64,000 nt of DNA from Bacillota bacterium (GCA_040755215.1 JBFMBG010000001.1:41157-105156); one strand, 5' to 3'; shown: positions 35,570 through 45,536, numbered from the stretch's first letter. The notes: a model not told the origin generated them from the sequence alone. A program made the numbers and translations.

Positions 35570-36304
35570 TTAGACCGCCTTCTGCCGGACGTGGGCGTTA
35601 ATCTGGAGCAACTGGGGCTCACTTTCCAGCAGGCGGACCACCTCACGGATATCTATCGGGAAACCGGGACGGTACAGCCTGTTATATATTTCTTCAACCA
35701 GCCGAAAGTCATCTTCCTCGTCCACGCACAGCCGCCAGTCCGGGTGGTGCAATTCCGGAGGGGCCGGGTAGCCGGCCACGCGGAAGATTTCCGGATGCCG
35801 GTAGATGTACAGGGTGACGTGCTCCCGGGAAGGCGCATCTTCCGCCAGGCGGTGCGCCTTCATCAGAGCCTCCCGGGTGCAGACCTCGGTGTCCAGGCCG
35901 CGGGGGAAACCGCTGCCCACCCCGGCAGCCACATAGTCGTAATCATGGGCTAAAAAGTACCGCACCACGTTATCAACTGTGACCGGGTCAATCAACGGGC
36001 AGTCGCTGGTAATCCGGACCACCACCTCTGCGTTAACCATTTCCGCTGTACCGGTATAGCGGGCCAGCACATCTTCCTGGGAGCCCCGGTACCAGGCCAC
36101 CCCGTGCTGTTCTGCCAGGGCAACAATGGGATCATCCTGGGGCAAATGCGTAGTGGCAATAACTATGGTGTCCAGCGTAACAGCCTTTTTCAGCCGTTCG
36201 ATCAGGTGGGAGAGCATGGGCCGGCCCGCCAGGGTTTTCAAAACCTTCCCCGGCAGGCGCGTGGAGCCGGTGCGGGCCTGGACGATGCAAGCAACTTTAG
36301 ACAA
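35570..36304 (-). CDS. Acylneuraminate cytidylyltransferase (SpsF/PseF-like)
   Basis: QARTGSTRLPGK, DVLARY, RITSDCP, REHVT. Confidence 0.88.
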   Translation of the reverse strand: MSKVACIVQARTGSTRLPGKVLKTLAGRPMLSHLIERLKKAVTLDTIVIATTHLPQDDPIVALAEQHGVAWYRGSQEDVLARYTGTAEMVNAEVVVRITSDCPLIDPVTVDNVVRYFLAHDYDYVAAGVGSGFPRGLDTEVCTREALMKAHRLAEDAPSREHVTLYIYRHPEIFRVAGYPAPPELHHPDWRLCVDEEDDFRLVEEIYNRLYRPGFPIDIREVVRLLESEPQLLQINAHVRQKAV

Positions 36305-36343
36305 GGGGATCAATCCTTTCACCGGATAGTTAAAAAGCAAAAG

Positions 36344-37315
36344 CTACTTGCCAGCCAGCTCACTTTCCTCTAAAAAACGGTCCCGGGTGTAGCGCAACAT
36401 GACCAGATCCCTTTTGAATTCCCCGATACGGGGCTCTACCGGCAGACCCTTAACCAGGCGCACCAGATAGGTGGGAGTATGGGCACCGGCGGCAAAGCCC
36501 AGACTGGCCCCGCCGCCGTAGCGCGGGTTTACTTCTATGAATTTCACCAGGGTGCCATCAAAGAAAAGCTGGATGGTATTGTGACCCACCAGGGACAGCT
36601 TCCGGGCCAGCCGGCAGCACTCATGGATGATGGTTTCGTGGTAAAAAGTTTTGCCCACAAAAGATTCGCCACCGAAAACCTTCAAACGCTGCCGGGGCAC
36701 TACTGAAATTATCCGCCCGTAAAAATCACTGAAAAGGTCTACTGTATATTCTGGCGCTTCCACGCACTCCTGTATAATGGGATCCTCTAACTGCTCAAAT
36801 ATTTGCTCAAGTTGTTCTGGATTGTTAACCCGGAAAGCCTTGCGGCCCCCTTTGCCCACCCGATCCCTTACAAAGAGGGGAAAGAGTTCCGGCCTTCTTT
36901 TTACGTCTGCCGGCGAATACTCTTCAGGGACGCACAAATTTTCACTCCGGCAAAAATCCAGGAATCTTTTTTTGTCCTGGCAGAGCTCTATTGTGACAGG
37001 AGAGCCCACCATCACCACTGTCTCGTTTTGTGCAAAGTCTTGCCGGTGAGCCGCAAAGACCGGTAACTCTTCATCACGGGTGGGGACCAGCAGTTTCACC
37101 TGGTACTTTATACACAGATCCAGCAGGGTAGAGATAAAATGCCCGTCATCGCTGGGTGGTACAATAAGGCGTAGAGGGCTTTCGTATAAGGCTGCCGAGT
37201 AGGGGCTGGCATCCGCAGGAATAACCATGCCCCCTCCTTCCCGGTCCAGCGCTTCCTGGAAAGCCCTGACCAGGCTCACTTTTCGCGACGCACTGGTTAT
37301 AAGGACATTCACCAA
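36344..37315 (-). CDS. ATP-grasp ligase
   Basis: P..DEEL, C.DK, IQE, EYTVD, IEVNPRYGGG. Confidence 0.88.
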   Translation of the reverse strand: MVNVLITSASRKVSLVRAFQEALDREGGGMVIPADASPYSAALYESPLRLIVPPSDDGHFISTLLDLCIKYQVKLLVPTRDEELPVFAAHRQDFAQNETVVMVGSPVTIELCQDKKRFLDFCRSENLCVPEEYSPADVKRRPELFPLFVRDRVGKGGRKAFRVNNPEQLEQIFEQLEDPIIQECVEAPEYTVDLFSDFYGRIISVVPRQRLKVFGGESFVGKTFYHETIIHECCRLARKLSLVGHNTIQLFFDGTLVKFIEVNPRYGGGASLGFAAGAHTPTYLVRLVKGLPVEPRIGEFKRDLVMLRYTRDRFLEESELAGK

Positions 37316-37331
37316 TACTCACCCCGGCAAT

Positions 37332-38363
37332 TTAAACCATGTCCCACCGGATGGGTGTGTCTTTCGGGATATCCGCCCTGGCCTGCCTTCCCACCACCAC
37401 ATCCAGGAATTTAGGGGGAATTCCATAGCCCGGGCGCTTTATTATCAGCATATCACTGGTAATGGTACATCCTTTGGGAATATCCACTGCCGCAATGATG
37501 CTCCGGCGGCTTAAAGGGAGCTTAGCTTCCTCCCCGGGCGTCGGCTTTTTTTCCGGGCTCCCCAAGCAAGCCTCCACTTCCCGGATGACCCTCACCAAAT
37601 CTTTCAATTCCTCGGGTTCAAGAGCAAATTTATGATCAGGACCTTCCAATTGCCGGTTCAGGGTAAAGTGCTTTTCAATAACCCGGGCACCCCGAGCAAC
37701 AGCCGCAACGGATGCTGTAAGACCAGGGGTATGGTCGGAAAAACCCACCGGCAAATGAAATGCTTCTCGCAGGGTATCCATGGCCCGCAGGTTTACCTGA
37801 TCCGGCGGAGTGGGATATAAAGCCGTGCAATGCAGCAAAATGATGTTTTTGTTGCCGGTGCTGCGGATGGCTTCTACCGCTTCCTGCACATCTCCCAGGT
37901 TGCACATACCGGTGGAAATGAGCATGGGCTTGCCCTTCGCCGCAGCATACCTTAACAGGGGCAAGTCGTTGATTTCTGAAGACGCCCATTTAAAGGCGGG
38001 AACACCCAAAGAGTCCAGCTCGTCCACCGCCTGGTAGTCAAAAGGGGTGGAAAGAAAAATAAGCCCCCTTTCCCGGGCGTATCCGGCAAGCTCCGCCTGC
38101 CACTCCCGGGGCAGTTCGCACCTTTTGATGACCTCATAGGGCGGTTCATCCTCGCCCGGGTAGACCGGCGTGTAACGGGAATAAAGCGTATCCGCGCTGT
38201 ACGTTTGGAACTTTACCGCATCCGCTCCTGCTTCGGCGGCAACATCGATCAGCCTTTTGGCCATTCTCAAATTTTGGTCATGATTAGAGCCAGCCTCCGC
38301 AATTATGAAAACTGGCTCATTTGAGCCAAGCTGGCGGCAACCTATAGATATTTTTTCCATCAA
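37332..38363 (-). CDS. pseI: Nonulosonic acid synthase (NeuB/PseI/SpsE family) with SAF domain
   Basis: IAEAGSNH, VKFQTY, STPFD, ISTGM, GFSDHT, IEKHFTL, RRSI, RPG.GI; symbol assigned from context. Confidence 0.8.
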   Translation of the reverse strand: MMEKISIGCRQLGSNEPVFIIAEAGSNHDQNLRMAKRLIDVAAEAGADAVKFQTYSADTLYSRYTPVYPGEDEPPYEVIKRCELPREWQAELAGYARERGLIFLSTPFDYQAVDELDSLGVPAFKWASSEINDLPLLRYAAAKGKPMLISTGMCNLGDVQEAVEAIRSTGNKNIILLHCTALYPTPPDQVNLRAMDTLREAFHLPVGFSDHTPGLTASVAAVARGARVIEKHFTLNRQLEGPDHKFALEPEELKDLVRVIREVEACLGSPEKKPTPGEEAKLPLSRRSIIAAVDIPKGCTITSDMLIIKRPGYGIPPKFLDVVVGRQARADIPKDTPIRWDMV

Positions 38364-38377
38364 TCTGCCTCCTGTGC

Positions 38378-39643
38378 CTACTCAGCGTACGTTAAAAGCA
38401 CCGGGCGCAGTTCGCGCCAGGTAAACCGTACGTCTCCCAGGTGCAGCGTTCGCTTTTCCTCCAAACGAAGCAAATTATGAGTGGCATCCAGATAGCCGGG
38501 GAAAAGTGAAATAGCCCGGGCAAACAGGTTTTTTGCCTTCTCGTAGTCTCCCCGCAGGGCCAGGATGGCCCCAAGATTATTCATCGCCGCCCCGTGTTCC
38601 GGAGCCAGCTCAAGCGTTCGCTCGAAGGAAAAGCACGCTTTCGACCAATTGTTGTTACGCAGGTAATATAAGCCCGACAAGAAAAACCCCGCAGGCAAGC
38701 CGGGCCGCTTAACGGTAACTTCTTTAATAGCCCGAAAACCTTCCTCCCAGTGGTCCAGACGGTAGAGAACGGAAACAAAGTCAGCCCTGTTCACTTCCCA
38801 GGGCAAGCGCCGGCAATGAATGGCCTCTTCAATAAAGGAAATTTCATAGCGTTTTAAGATGGCTTTCTCGTCGGTCTTAAAATTACAGATCTTCCGGGAT
38901 AAATTTGAGCTATGCCTGCGGATCCAGATCAATGGTGCGTCTACGTATCCGAATCCCCCCAGTTGAGCCAGGCGTAGCCACAAATCCCAATCCTGCGAAT
39001 ACCTCCAGGCAGGGTCGAAACCTCCCGCGCGCAGAGCCGCCTCTTTTTTTAAAAGCACGCCGGAGGCGGTTAAAATGGGGTTTCTCACCAACAGGTAACC
39101 CAGCATCTCTTCTGGTGCAACCTGGCGCCACCGGGTGACCCCAGCCAACCTCTCGCCATTTTCCCCCATTTGGCCATAGGCGCTATGCACAAGGACCCAG
39201 TCCCCAGGAGCCCCGGCTTCGAGTTCGCTCAACCGTTGTAATTCGAGTTCCACGAGTTGCGGCTCTGCTATATCGTCATGATCCATGAATAAGACCCATT
39301 CCCCGTGCGCCAGTTCCATGCCAATATTCCGAGCTAACGAAGGTCCACAATTGCGAGCGAGGCGGTATGCACGTACGCGGCCGCCGGATGATTTCTCCAG
39401 CTCCATGCACAAAGAATAAGTAGCATCCTCACTTCGGTCGTCCACAATGATAATCTCAAACAGCGGATACGTCTGTTGCAAGAGGCTTTCGACAGTACTT
39501 TTCAAGTATAAAGCAGAATTATAAGCGGGTACCACCGCCGATATATTACCGGGGATACGTTTTGCACCTTCCAGATCCGATCCCTCTTTCTTTTCATTGA
39601 TCAACAAAATATTAAAATGCAATCGGATATGCCAGAAATTCAT
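38378..39643 (-). CDS. GT2 glycosyltransferase with C-terminal TPR repeats
   Basis: VVPAYN, VDDRS, ARN.G, FMDHDD, QDWDLW; NNLG/A.HNL TPR; true start probably near 39574. Confidence 0.88.
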   Translation of the reverse strand: MNFWHIRLHFNILLINEKKEGSDLEGAKRIPGNISAVVPAYNSALYLKSTVESLLQQTYPLFEIIIVDDRSEDATYSLCMELEKSSGGRVRAYRLARNCGPSLARNIGMELAHGEWVLFMDHDDIAEPQLVELELQRLSELEAGAPGDWVLVHSAYGQMGENGERLAGVTRWRQVAPEEMLGYLLVRNPILTASGVLLKKEAALRAGGFDPAWRYSQDWDLWLRLAQLGGFGYVDAPLIWIRRHSSNLSRKICNFKTDEKAILKRYEISFIEEAIHCRRLPWEVNRADFVSVLYRLDHWEEGFRAIKEVTVKRPGLPAGFFLSGLYYLRNNNWSKACFSFERTLELAPEHGAAMNNLGAILALRGDYEKAKNLFARAISLFPGYLDATHNLLRLEEKRTLHLGDVRFTWRELRPVLLTYAE

Positions 39644-40766
39644 GAGAGGGCTGAAAACCCATTTGGATTAGTTGATGCATAATTTCACGGAACCACAACG
39701 AAGCAACAATGATAAACACCCGATGCCCTTGCTTCTTTAATTCGAGTAAATACTCAGGATTATTCACCGGCAGCCCTTCAATTACGGCCCCCCACTTATT
39801 CTCTGCATTGTCGACAAACAAAACAGGGTGAATACCAATCCACCGCAAAAAACGAACCGCCCGCCTCCCCCCGCTACCGGCGCCCCAAACAACCAAAATC
39901 AGTCGCTTATTTGAACAGGCTGCCTTTTTGATCTGGGCAATTTCATAGGAAGTGTCCGTGATAAAATCTTCCTTATAGTACCGGTAACAATCGCTATAAA
40001 TTTCTCTGCCCCATGTCTCTCGAAACAAGGCAACATTCTTTTCCTGGCCACTAGCATCAAGTCCTCTGGTCTGATACTCCAAATGATAAAGAGTGCTAGT
40101 CGGGCAGTATAACACCTTTCGTCCTTTTGCGCGAACACGCAAGCAAAGATCGATATCCTCCAAACCATTAAGGTATCGCTCGTCAAACCCGCCCAAGGCA
40201 TGGAATAAATCAGCCTTAATTATGAAGCATGCCCCGGTTACAGCTTGAAACTCACGCGCTTTGTTCACACCGGAAAAGTTAGAAGGAAAGTAGCGGTAGA
40301 TGTGAAAAGGCATTCCCTCCTCATCAAACGCTACTCCAGCATGCTGAATAGTTTCATCCGGGTACAACAGTTTCGAACCAACAATTCCCACTAACGGATT
40401 AGTCTCCATAGCACGTACCAGTTCCGCCAGCCATCCATTTATAGCAATGGTGTCGTTATTAAGAAAAACCAGATATTCCCCTTTAGCAGTTGCCGCCCCG
40501 CGATTGCAACTCCGCGCAAACCCCAAGTTTCTATCATTCCTGATCAGTCTTAGCCAGGAATATCCTTTCCGTTCCAAAATAACACTGCTTTCCTGAGAGG
40601 CGTCATCAACAAGAATCACTTCAAATGCAAAATCATTATCTTGATTTTTTTTATGTTCTCCAGTACAATCGGCAATTGATTGGATACAGCGATAGGTCAT
40701 TTCACACCGGTTGTAAAACGGGATGATGATAGAAACGATACATCGGCTTCCGGAATTAAAAGTCAT
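39612..40766 (-). CDS. GT2 glycosyltransferase with a C-terminal Rossmann-like domain
   Basis: IIPFYN, VDDAS, FLNNDT, QHAG, VTGAC, EDIDLC; C-terminal WGAGSGG. Confidence 0.9.
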   Translation of the reverse strand: MTFNSGSRCIVSIIIPFYNRCEMTYRCIQSIADCTGEHKKNQDNDFAFEVILVDDASQESSVILERKGYSWLRLIRNDRNLGFARSCNRGAATAKGEYLVFLNNDTIAINGWLAELVRAMETNPLVGIVGSKLLYPDETIQHAGVAFDEEGMPFHIYRYFPSNFSGVNKAREFQAVTGACFIIKADLFHALGGFDERYLNGLEDIDLCLRVRAKGRKVLYCPTSTLYHLEYQTRGLDASGQEKNVALFRETWGREIYSDCYRYYKEDFITDTSYEIAQIKKAACSNKRLILVVWGAGSGGRRAVRFLRWIGIHPVLFVDNAENKWGAVIEGLPVNNPEYLLELKKQGHRVFIIVASLWFREIMHQLIQMGFQPSHEFLAYPIAF

Positions 40767-40863
40767 TTTCTCATCTCCTTGGATACCCAGGCACACACCA
40801 GACGGAGCTTTAACCTGTTGCCAAACCAAACCATAAAAGATGCTTTCTAATAACTCAGTTGAT

Positions 40864-41526
40864 TTATGCCCGAGTTGAACCAGCAATCAACGGGTTGATC
40901 CAGAAATCCAGCTCTTCCTTAAACCCATACTCGCTCAGTTGCACGGCTATTTCCGGAGCATAGACAGAACCGATTATAATGTACGGACGACGTTCCTTTA
41001 CAGCCTTTGCTGCATTGACTATTGAGGAAGAGTATACAGTCAAGCCCATAACCTTGCTCTGCCATTTGGATGCGTCGCTATCGACAAATCCATCTACTTC
41101 AATACCAATACTTTCTAACAGCTTTAACGTTCGGACCCCCCCGCTCCCAGCTCCCCATATATATACTGGACGTTGGCCAATAAGGCTGACAAGACGTGAT
41201 CCTGTTCTCCTAATATTTTGATTCATTCCATAAAGCTCTCTGACTTCTTCCACGCCTATCTTTAGCTGGCTAATTATATTGTGAAGCATGTACAGTTCAT
41301 CAATCTTTTTATCACCATTTTGATTCGCTCTTTCCAGGCAGATCGTATAGAGGTCAGCTATTGGCTGAGGTAGAGCAAGCGCCTCCTGAACTTCCCGGAC
41401 ATTATGCCACAGTTGTGGTTTAACGAATTGAGAGCACTGGTTCATCGAAAGCTCTTTTCCATTTAGCCCCAAAACACCTAACTCACTTATTATGCGCTCG
41501 ACTTCTTTGAGGGAATCTTTAACCAA
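40864..41526 (-). CDS. Hypothetical protein with a WGAGSGG Rossmann-like domain (possibly damaged at the 5' end)
   Basis: Shares the IWGAG..FVDS..KW domain with the adjacent GT; an upstream in-frame ATG is followed by TAA at codon 3. Confidence 0.6.
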   Translation of the reverse strand: MVKDSLKEVERIISELGVLGLNGKELSMNQCSQFVKPQLWHNVREVQEALALPQPIADLYTICLERANQNGDKKIDELYMLHNIISQLKIGVEEVRELYGMNQNIRRTGSRLVSLIGQRPVYIWGAGSGGVRTLKLLESIGIEVDGFVDSDASKWQSKVMGLTVYSSSIVNAAKAVKERRPYIIIGSVYAPEIAVQLSEYGFKEELDFWINPLIAGSTRA

Positions 41527-41669
41527 ATCCTCATAGAGGACAATGCTTTTTTACTTCATACAACCATCTGCTTGCTGACTACTATAGAAACATAAACGAA
41601 ATCGAAAATATGCACTATCTGGACTTTTTGGAGCATGTTCATCCTGAAGTTTTTCCGGTAAAGAAACAT

Positions 41670-42415
41670 TCATCCACGCCATGACCTGGGTAAGGTCATC
41701 GTAACGTTAATTCTTTCAGCCGCAGAGTTGAATACTATGCAACCTATGGCGCCCGAATGATAAACCGAACCGTAAAAAAACCAGGCCCATGCCACCTGTA
41801 CAATTAGATAGAGATTACGCAACTGGATTGCCCAACAATTATTTGAACCGGCGGCAAAATTATCAGAACTCCCGCAGTTGTTTGCACGAACTCGCACGAA
41901 GCGGACTCCGGAAGATGAAATTATATTCCAGTGCCAGTATTGCGTTTTCTGGATAGTTATATTCCTTACCAATACGTTGTTTGCTCCCGGTCCTGTATAG
42001 TCTATATTTCCGGCAACGATACCCCCTCTGGCAGCCCACGTTCGGCTGCTCTGGTTTGCTCTATTGCCGTCAAGTATACCCGAACCCTCAATTATAATGT
42101 TGCTGCTGCCGAGACCCAGGATATGCGAGTTTGCACCGGCTGCGAGGAACAGCGTGCCATTGATGATTAAATGGCTATTCGATGGGATTTTTAGAGCTGA
42201 ACTTAGGATAAATTTGTCTCCTTGCTGCCCGATGAGCACAGGGCCTTTTCCTGCATTAGCGTCAACGCCACCTGGATCGCCGCTGTGTCGTCGTGTATCC
42301 CGTCCCCCACGCCCCTATAGTCCTTCACATTGGCGACGCCGTACTGGTCAGTCCAGAAGTCGTAACTGTCCGCTACAAAAGCGTGTCTACGTAACCCGTA
42401 AGCCATATCACTCAC
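41670..42415 (-). pseudogene. Frameshifted right-handed beta-helix (pectate lyase 3/tailspike-like) gene
   Basis: NVKDY...GDG..DDTAAIQ in one frame continues as Asn/Ile/Gly-rich coils (IEGSGILDGN) in another. Confidence 0.7.
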
Positions 42416-43086
42416 TCCTTGTGCGCCTTAACAATAAACTGGTAAACATACGCGTCGGGGTTGCGCTGGATAAATGCAACCACCTCTGCCGGATACTTCT
42501 CCATCCTTATCCCAAACTCCGAGTTTTGAGGCGGTACTACGGTACAGTCCCAGTCTGTTATCCGGTAGCCACCCGCCTCGAACATCTCCCAAATGCTCTC
42601 CCTGGTGAAAAACCGTAAGTGGGTGCTGTCCAGCAGTCCCAGTTCCCGGTACCTGAACCTACCTTCCATTAACTCCAGCACGAGGCCGATATACCCAACG
42701 TTTGGGATTGAAGCCAGGATACAGCCGTCGTCTCTCAGGTAAGGCTTAAGCTTGACCAAAACCGCCCACGGATCTTTCAGGTGCTCTAACACATCGGCCA
42801 GGATGATTACGTCGAAGGTGGCCGGGGCGAAGTGGTCACCCAGGTGTAAGGTTTCGATGTTGCTTATGACCATTTTTTCGCAGTACGGCTTCGCTTTCTC
42901 CGCCGCTTCCTCGTTTATCTCAATGCAGCTAACCCGGTGGCTGAACTGCTCCTTTAAGATTTTTGTCATGTACCCTGTGCTGGGGCCGATTTCCAGGACG
43001 TCCTTACCTTTGTCGGACATTTTGATAATCTTCGTGTGGGAGTTATTGTCCTGGCTAATGTCAACTGTAAAGTCGTATTTTACCAT
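42412..43086 (-). CDS. Class I SAM-dependent methyltransferase
   Basis: VLEIG, FDVIILADVLEHL.DP, SIPN, GLLD.THLRFFT. Confidence 0.9.
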   Translation of the reverse strand: MVKYDFTVDISQDNNSHTKIIKMSDKGKDVLEIGPSTGYMTKILKEQFSHRVSCIEINEEAAEKAKPYCEKMVISNIETLHLGDHFAPATFDVIILADVLEHLKDPWAVLVKLKPYLRDDGCILASIPNVGYIGLVLELMEGRFRYRELGLLDSTHLRFFTRESIWEMFEAGGYRITDWDCTVVPPQNSEFGIRMEKYPAEVVAFIQRNPDAYVYQFIVKAHKE

Positions 43087-43247
43087 GCGGGCTGACCCCC
43101 TAAGTATTGAATAATTAGACTTTCGATCTCACGATTTCAAAGAATTTCATTCCGGACGGCAGCCTTGATTGCCACCCCGCACGTGGTTCGTTGAAACCAC
43201 CGACGGGGCGACTCCGGAGAACATGCCACGATAGGCAGGACACGCCC

Positions 43248-43673
43248 TTTTGTTGCTCCATAAAGATTTACAGGGCTCACGGCTTTATCCGTACTAAGAG
43301 CGATCACCCGCTCTATGCCACAGTCAATGGCGGCGTCAATGACATTTTGCGTGCCAATGATATTCGTCTGGACCGCCTCAAAGGGATTGTATTCCGCCGC
43401 CGGAACCTGTTTCAAGGCGGCGGCGTGGATGACATAATCCACCCCGTGAAAGGCCCGGTACAGACGGTCTTTGTCACGCATATCACCAATGAAATACCTC
43501 AGGCAAGGGTATTCCTGCCGGCTGAAAATTTGTTGCATCTCAAACTGTTTTAGCTCGTCGCGGCTGAAAATAATCAGCCTCCTTGGCCTAAAACGGGAAA
43601 GAACGACCTCAACAAACTTTCGGCCGAAGGAGCCTGTCCCCCCGGTAACTAAGACCGTTTTATCATCGAGCAT
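43248..43673 (-). pseudogene. pseB: Truncated second copy of pseB (first 142 codons)
   Basis: Closely similar to 34415-33990 up to LYGATK, then unrelated sequence. Confidence 0.9.
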
Positions 43674-43720
43674 TTATGAAACCTGCTTTCCGGAACGGAA
43701 TAGAGATAAAACGTTATTAA

Positions 43721-43754
43721 TTAACTAATCGTCAGGACAGGGCGTCTCTTAACC
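43721..43754 (-). promoter_or_regulatory. Putative SigD/FliA promoter of the glycosylation operon
   Basis: GGTTAAG-N14-GACGATTA. Confidence 0.5.
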
Positions 43755-43770
43755 CGGAAAAATCTTACCT

Positions 43771-44013
43771 TTACTTGGAATCCACCCTCGAGATCACCAG
43801 GTTCTTTACTGCTTCAGGTGACTGACCGGCGAGTTCCTGAAGTTCCGGAAGATGTACCGTATGCCCCGAGTCGGAAAGGGCTTCTGCCAGATCACCGATA
43901 ACGTACGGTGCCGCCGCACCCGCCGGCTTTAAAGCAAGAATAGAATAAGCCACGAATCTTGTCTTCCCGTTAAATTTACAGACCACAACATTTTTTTCCA
44001 TTATTTTCGACAT
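43771..44013 (-). pseudogene. Short ORF, possibly an N-terminal glycosyltransferase remnant
   Basis: AGGAGG RBS; L.EAL...GH.V GT-B-like motif; only 80 aa. Confidence 0.35.
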
Positions 44014-44083
44014 AATACCTGATAATTCCTCCTGGAAAATATAAAATTTCTGTTAATTTCACTATACTCTCTTCCTAACCCCC

Positions 44084-44111
44084 TAAAGAAATAATATCCA
44101 GCAGACGAATC
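44084..44111 (+). promoter_or_regulatory. SigD/FliA promoter of flagellin
   Basis: TAAA-N16-GACGAATC upstream of fliC. Confidence 0.6.
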
Positions 44112-44248
44112 TAAGAAATGAAGGCAGGCTAGTTTTTTGCTACCGGCGGCCGACGGTAAGAACTGGCTTAGTCCTTTTGATGTGTGTCGCGCGACAGAAA
44201 AATTGAAGCTTCAAGCAGCTCACCAAAGTAAAGGAGGAATGCGAAAGG

Positions 44249-45061
44249 ATGATCATCAACCACAACATCAGCGCTTTAAACGCCTGGCGTGGGTTGTCCC
44301 AGACCAACAGCGCCCTGGCCAAGTCGCTGGAAAAGCTCTCCTCCGGGATGCGGATCAACCGGGCGGCGGACGACGCTGCCGGACTCGCCATTTCGGAAAA
44401 AATGCGGGGACAGATCAGCGGCTTAAACCAGGCGGTGCGCAACGCCCAGGACGGCATCTCGCTTATCCAGACGGCGGAAGGCGCCCTGAACGAAACCCAC
44501 AGCATCCTGCAGCGTATGCGGCAGTTGGCGGTACAGGCGGCAAACGATACTGCTACTGATACTGATAGACAGCGTATCCAAGAGGAAGTCAATCAGTTGG
44601 TATCAGAAATTGACCGTATTGCCAATACTACAGAATTTAATACGCAAAAGCTCCTAAACGGCAGCTTCGCAGGGCAAATTTTCCATATCGGGGCGAATGC
44701 CGGCCAGAATATGTCGATCACTATTAATAACATGGGGGCCGCGTCCCTTGGTGTAAATGGCATCAGCGTAGCTTCTCAGGGTGCTGCCAACACTGCCATC
44801 ACTACGATTCAAGCGGCCATTGACGAAGTCTCTGTGGAGCGCTCCAAGCTTGGCGCCATCCAGAACCGTCTGGAACACACCATCGCCAACCTGGGTGTGG
44901 CGGCGGAAAACCTCTCGGCGGCCGAGTCCCGCATCCGCGACGTGGATATGGCCCAGGAAATGATGAACTTTACGCGTAACCAGATCCTGGTCCAGGCGGG
45001 CACGGCGATGCTGGCCCAGGCGAATATGGCCCCGCAGGCTGTCCTCAAGCTTCTCGGTTAA
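44249..45061 (+). CDS. fliC: Flagellin (short, 270 aa)
   Basis: [49 protein letters not shown]. Confidence 0.98.
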   Translation: MIINHNISALNAWRGLSQTNSALAKSLEKLSSGMRINRAADDAAGLAISEKMRGQISGLNQAVRNAQDGISLIQTAEGALNETHSILQRMRQLAVQAANDTATDTDRQRIQEEVNQLVSEIDRIANTTEFNTQKLLNGSFAGQIFHIGANAGQNMSITINNMGAASLGVNGISVASQGAANTAITTIQAAIDEVSVERSKLGAIQNRLEHTIANLGVAAENLSAAESRIRDVDMAQEMMNFTRNQILVQAGTAMLAQANMAPQAVLKLLG

Positions 45062-45068
45062 CAGCGGT

Positions 45069-45102
45069 AAGGGGCTGGTCTTCATTCGATCGGCCCCTTT
45101 TT
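45069..45102 (+). terminator. Intrinsic terminator of fliC
   Basis: AAGGGGCTGGTC/GATCGGCCCCTT stem followed by a T-tract. Confidence 0.85.
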
Positions 45103-45119
45103 ACTTCTTTTTTTAAGAG

Positions 45120-45536
45120 GTGGCTCCGTTGGAAAAACATAAGCATAATTATCAACATCAAGAAATCCCCGACAAAATATACCATGTTCTCCAACAACTA
45201 AGCGGGCTCTTGGGTACCGCAGGTGAAGCCGTCAGTGAGGTCTGCCTGCTTTTCCAGCAGGGAGAAACATCCCGGGGGATGCGGGCTTTAACCGAGGTGA
45301 TCGATGCCCTGCAACATATTCACAATGCCTTAGAATATCTGTGCAGTTCCGGCTACGCGGAGTCCCTGGGTCTTGGGGAGGCAAAAAGCGAGCTCGGGGA
45401 AATTTTCCCTGCCATGCTGGGCAGCATTGAAGAGCAGGACTTTTTGGCCCTGGCCGACGTGATGGAGTACGAATTGAAGCCTGCCCTGGCCAGTTGCCGA
45501 AACCGGCTTCCAGAGAAACCTTCCCTCTCCAACTAG
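45120..45536 (+). CDS. Hypothetical helical protein of flagellin glycosylation loci
   Basis: D...LAD..EYEL motif; lies between fliC and maf. Confidence 0.65.
   Translation: MAPLEKHKHNYQHQEIPDKIYHVLQQLSGLLGTAGEAVSEVCLLFQQGETSRGMRALTEVIDALQHIHNALEYLCSSGYAESLGLGEAKSELGEIFPAMLGSIEEQDFLALADVMEYELKPALASCRNRLPEKPSLSN

Noticed and set aside
43137..43247. IS end or intron at the pseB truncation point (GGGCGTGTCC on the minus strand, small hairpin)
   Set aside because: Only a vague resemblance to an IS terminus; no partner repeat or transposase
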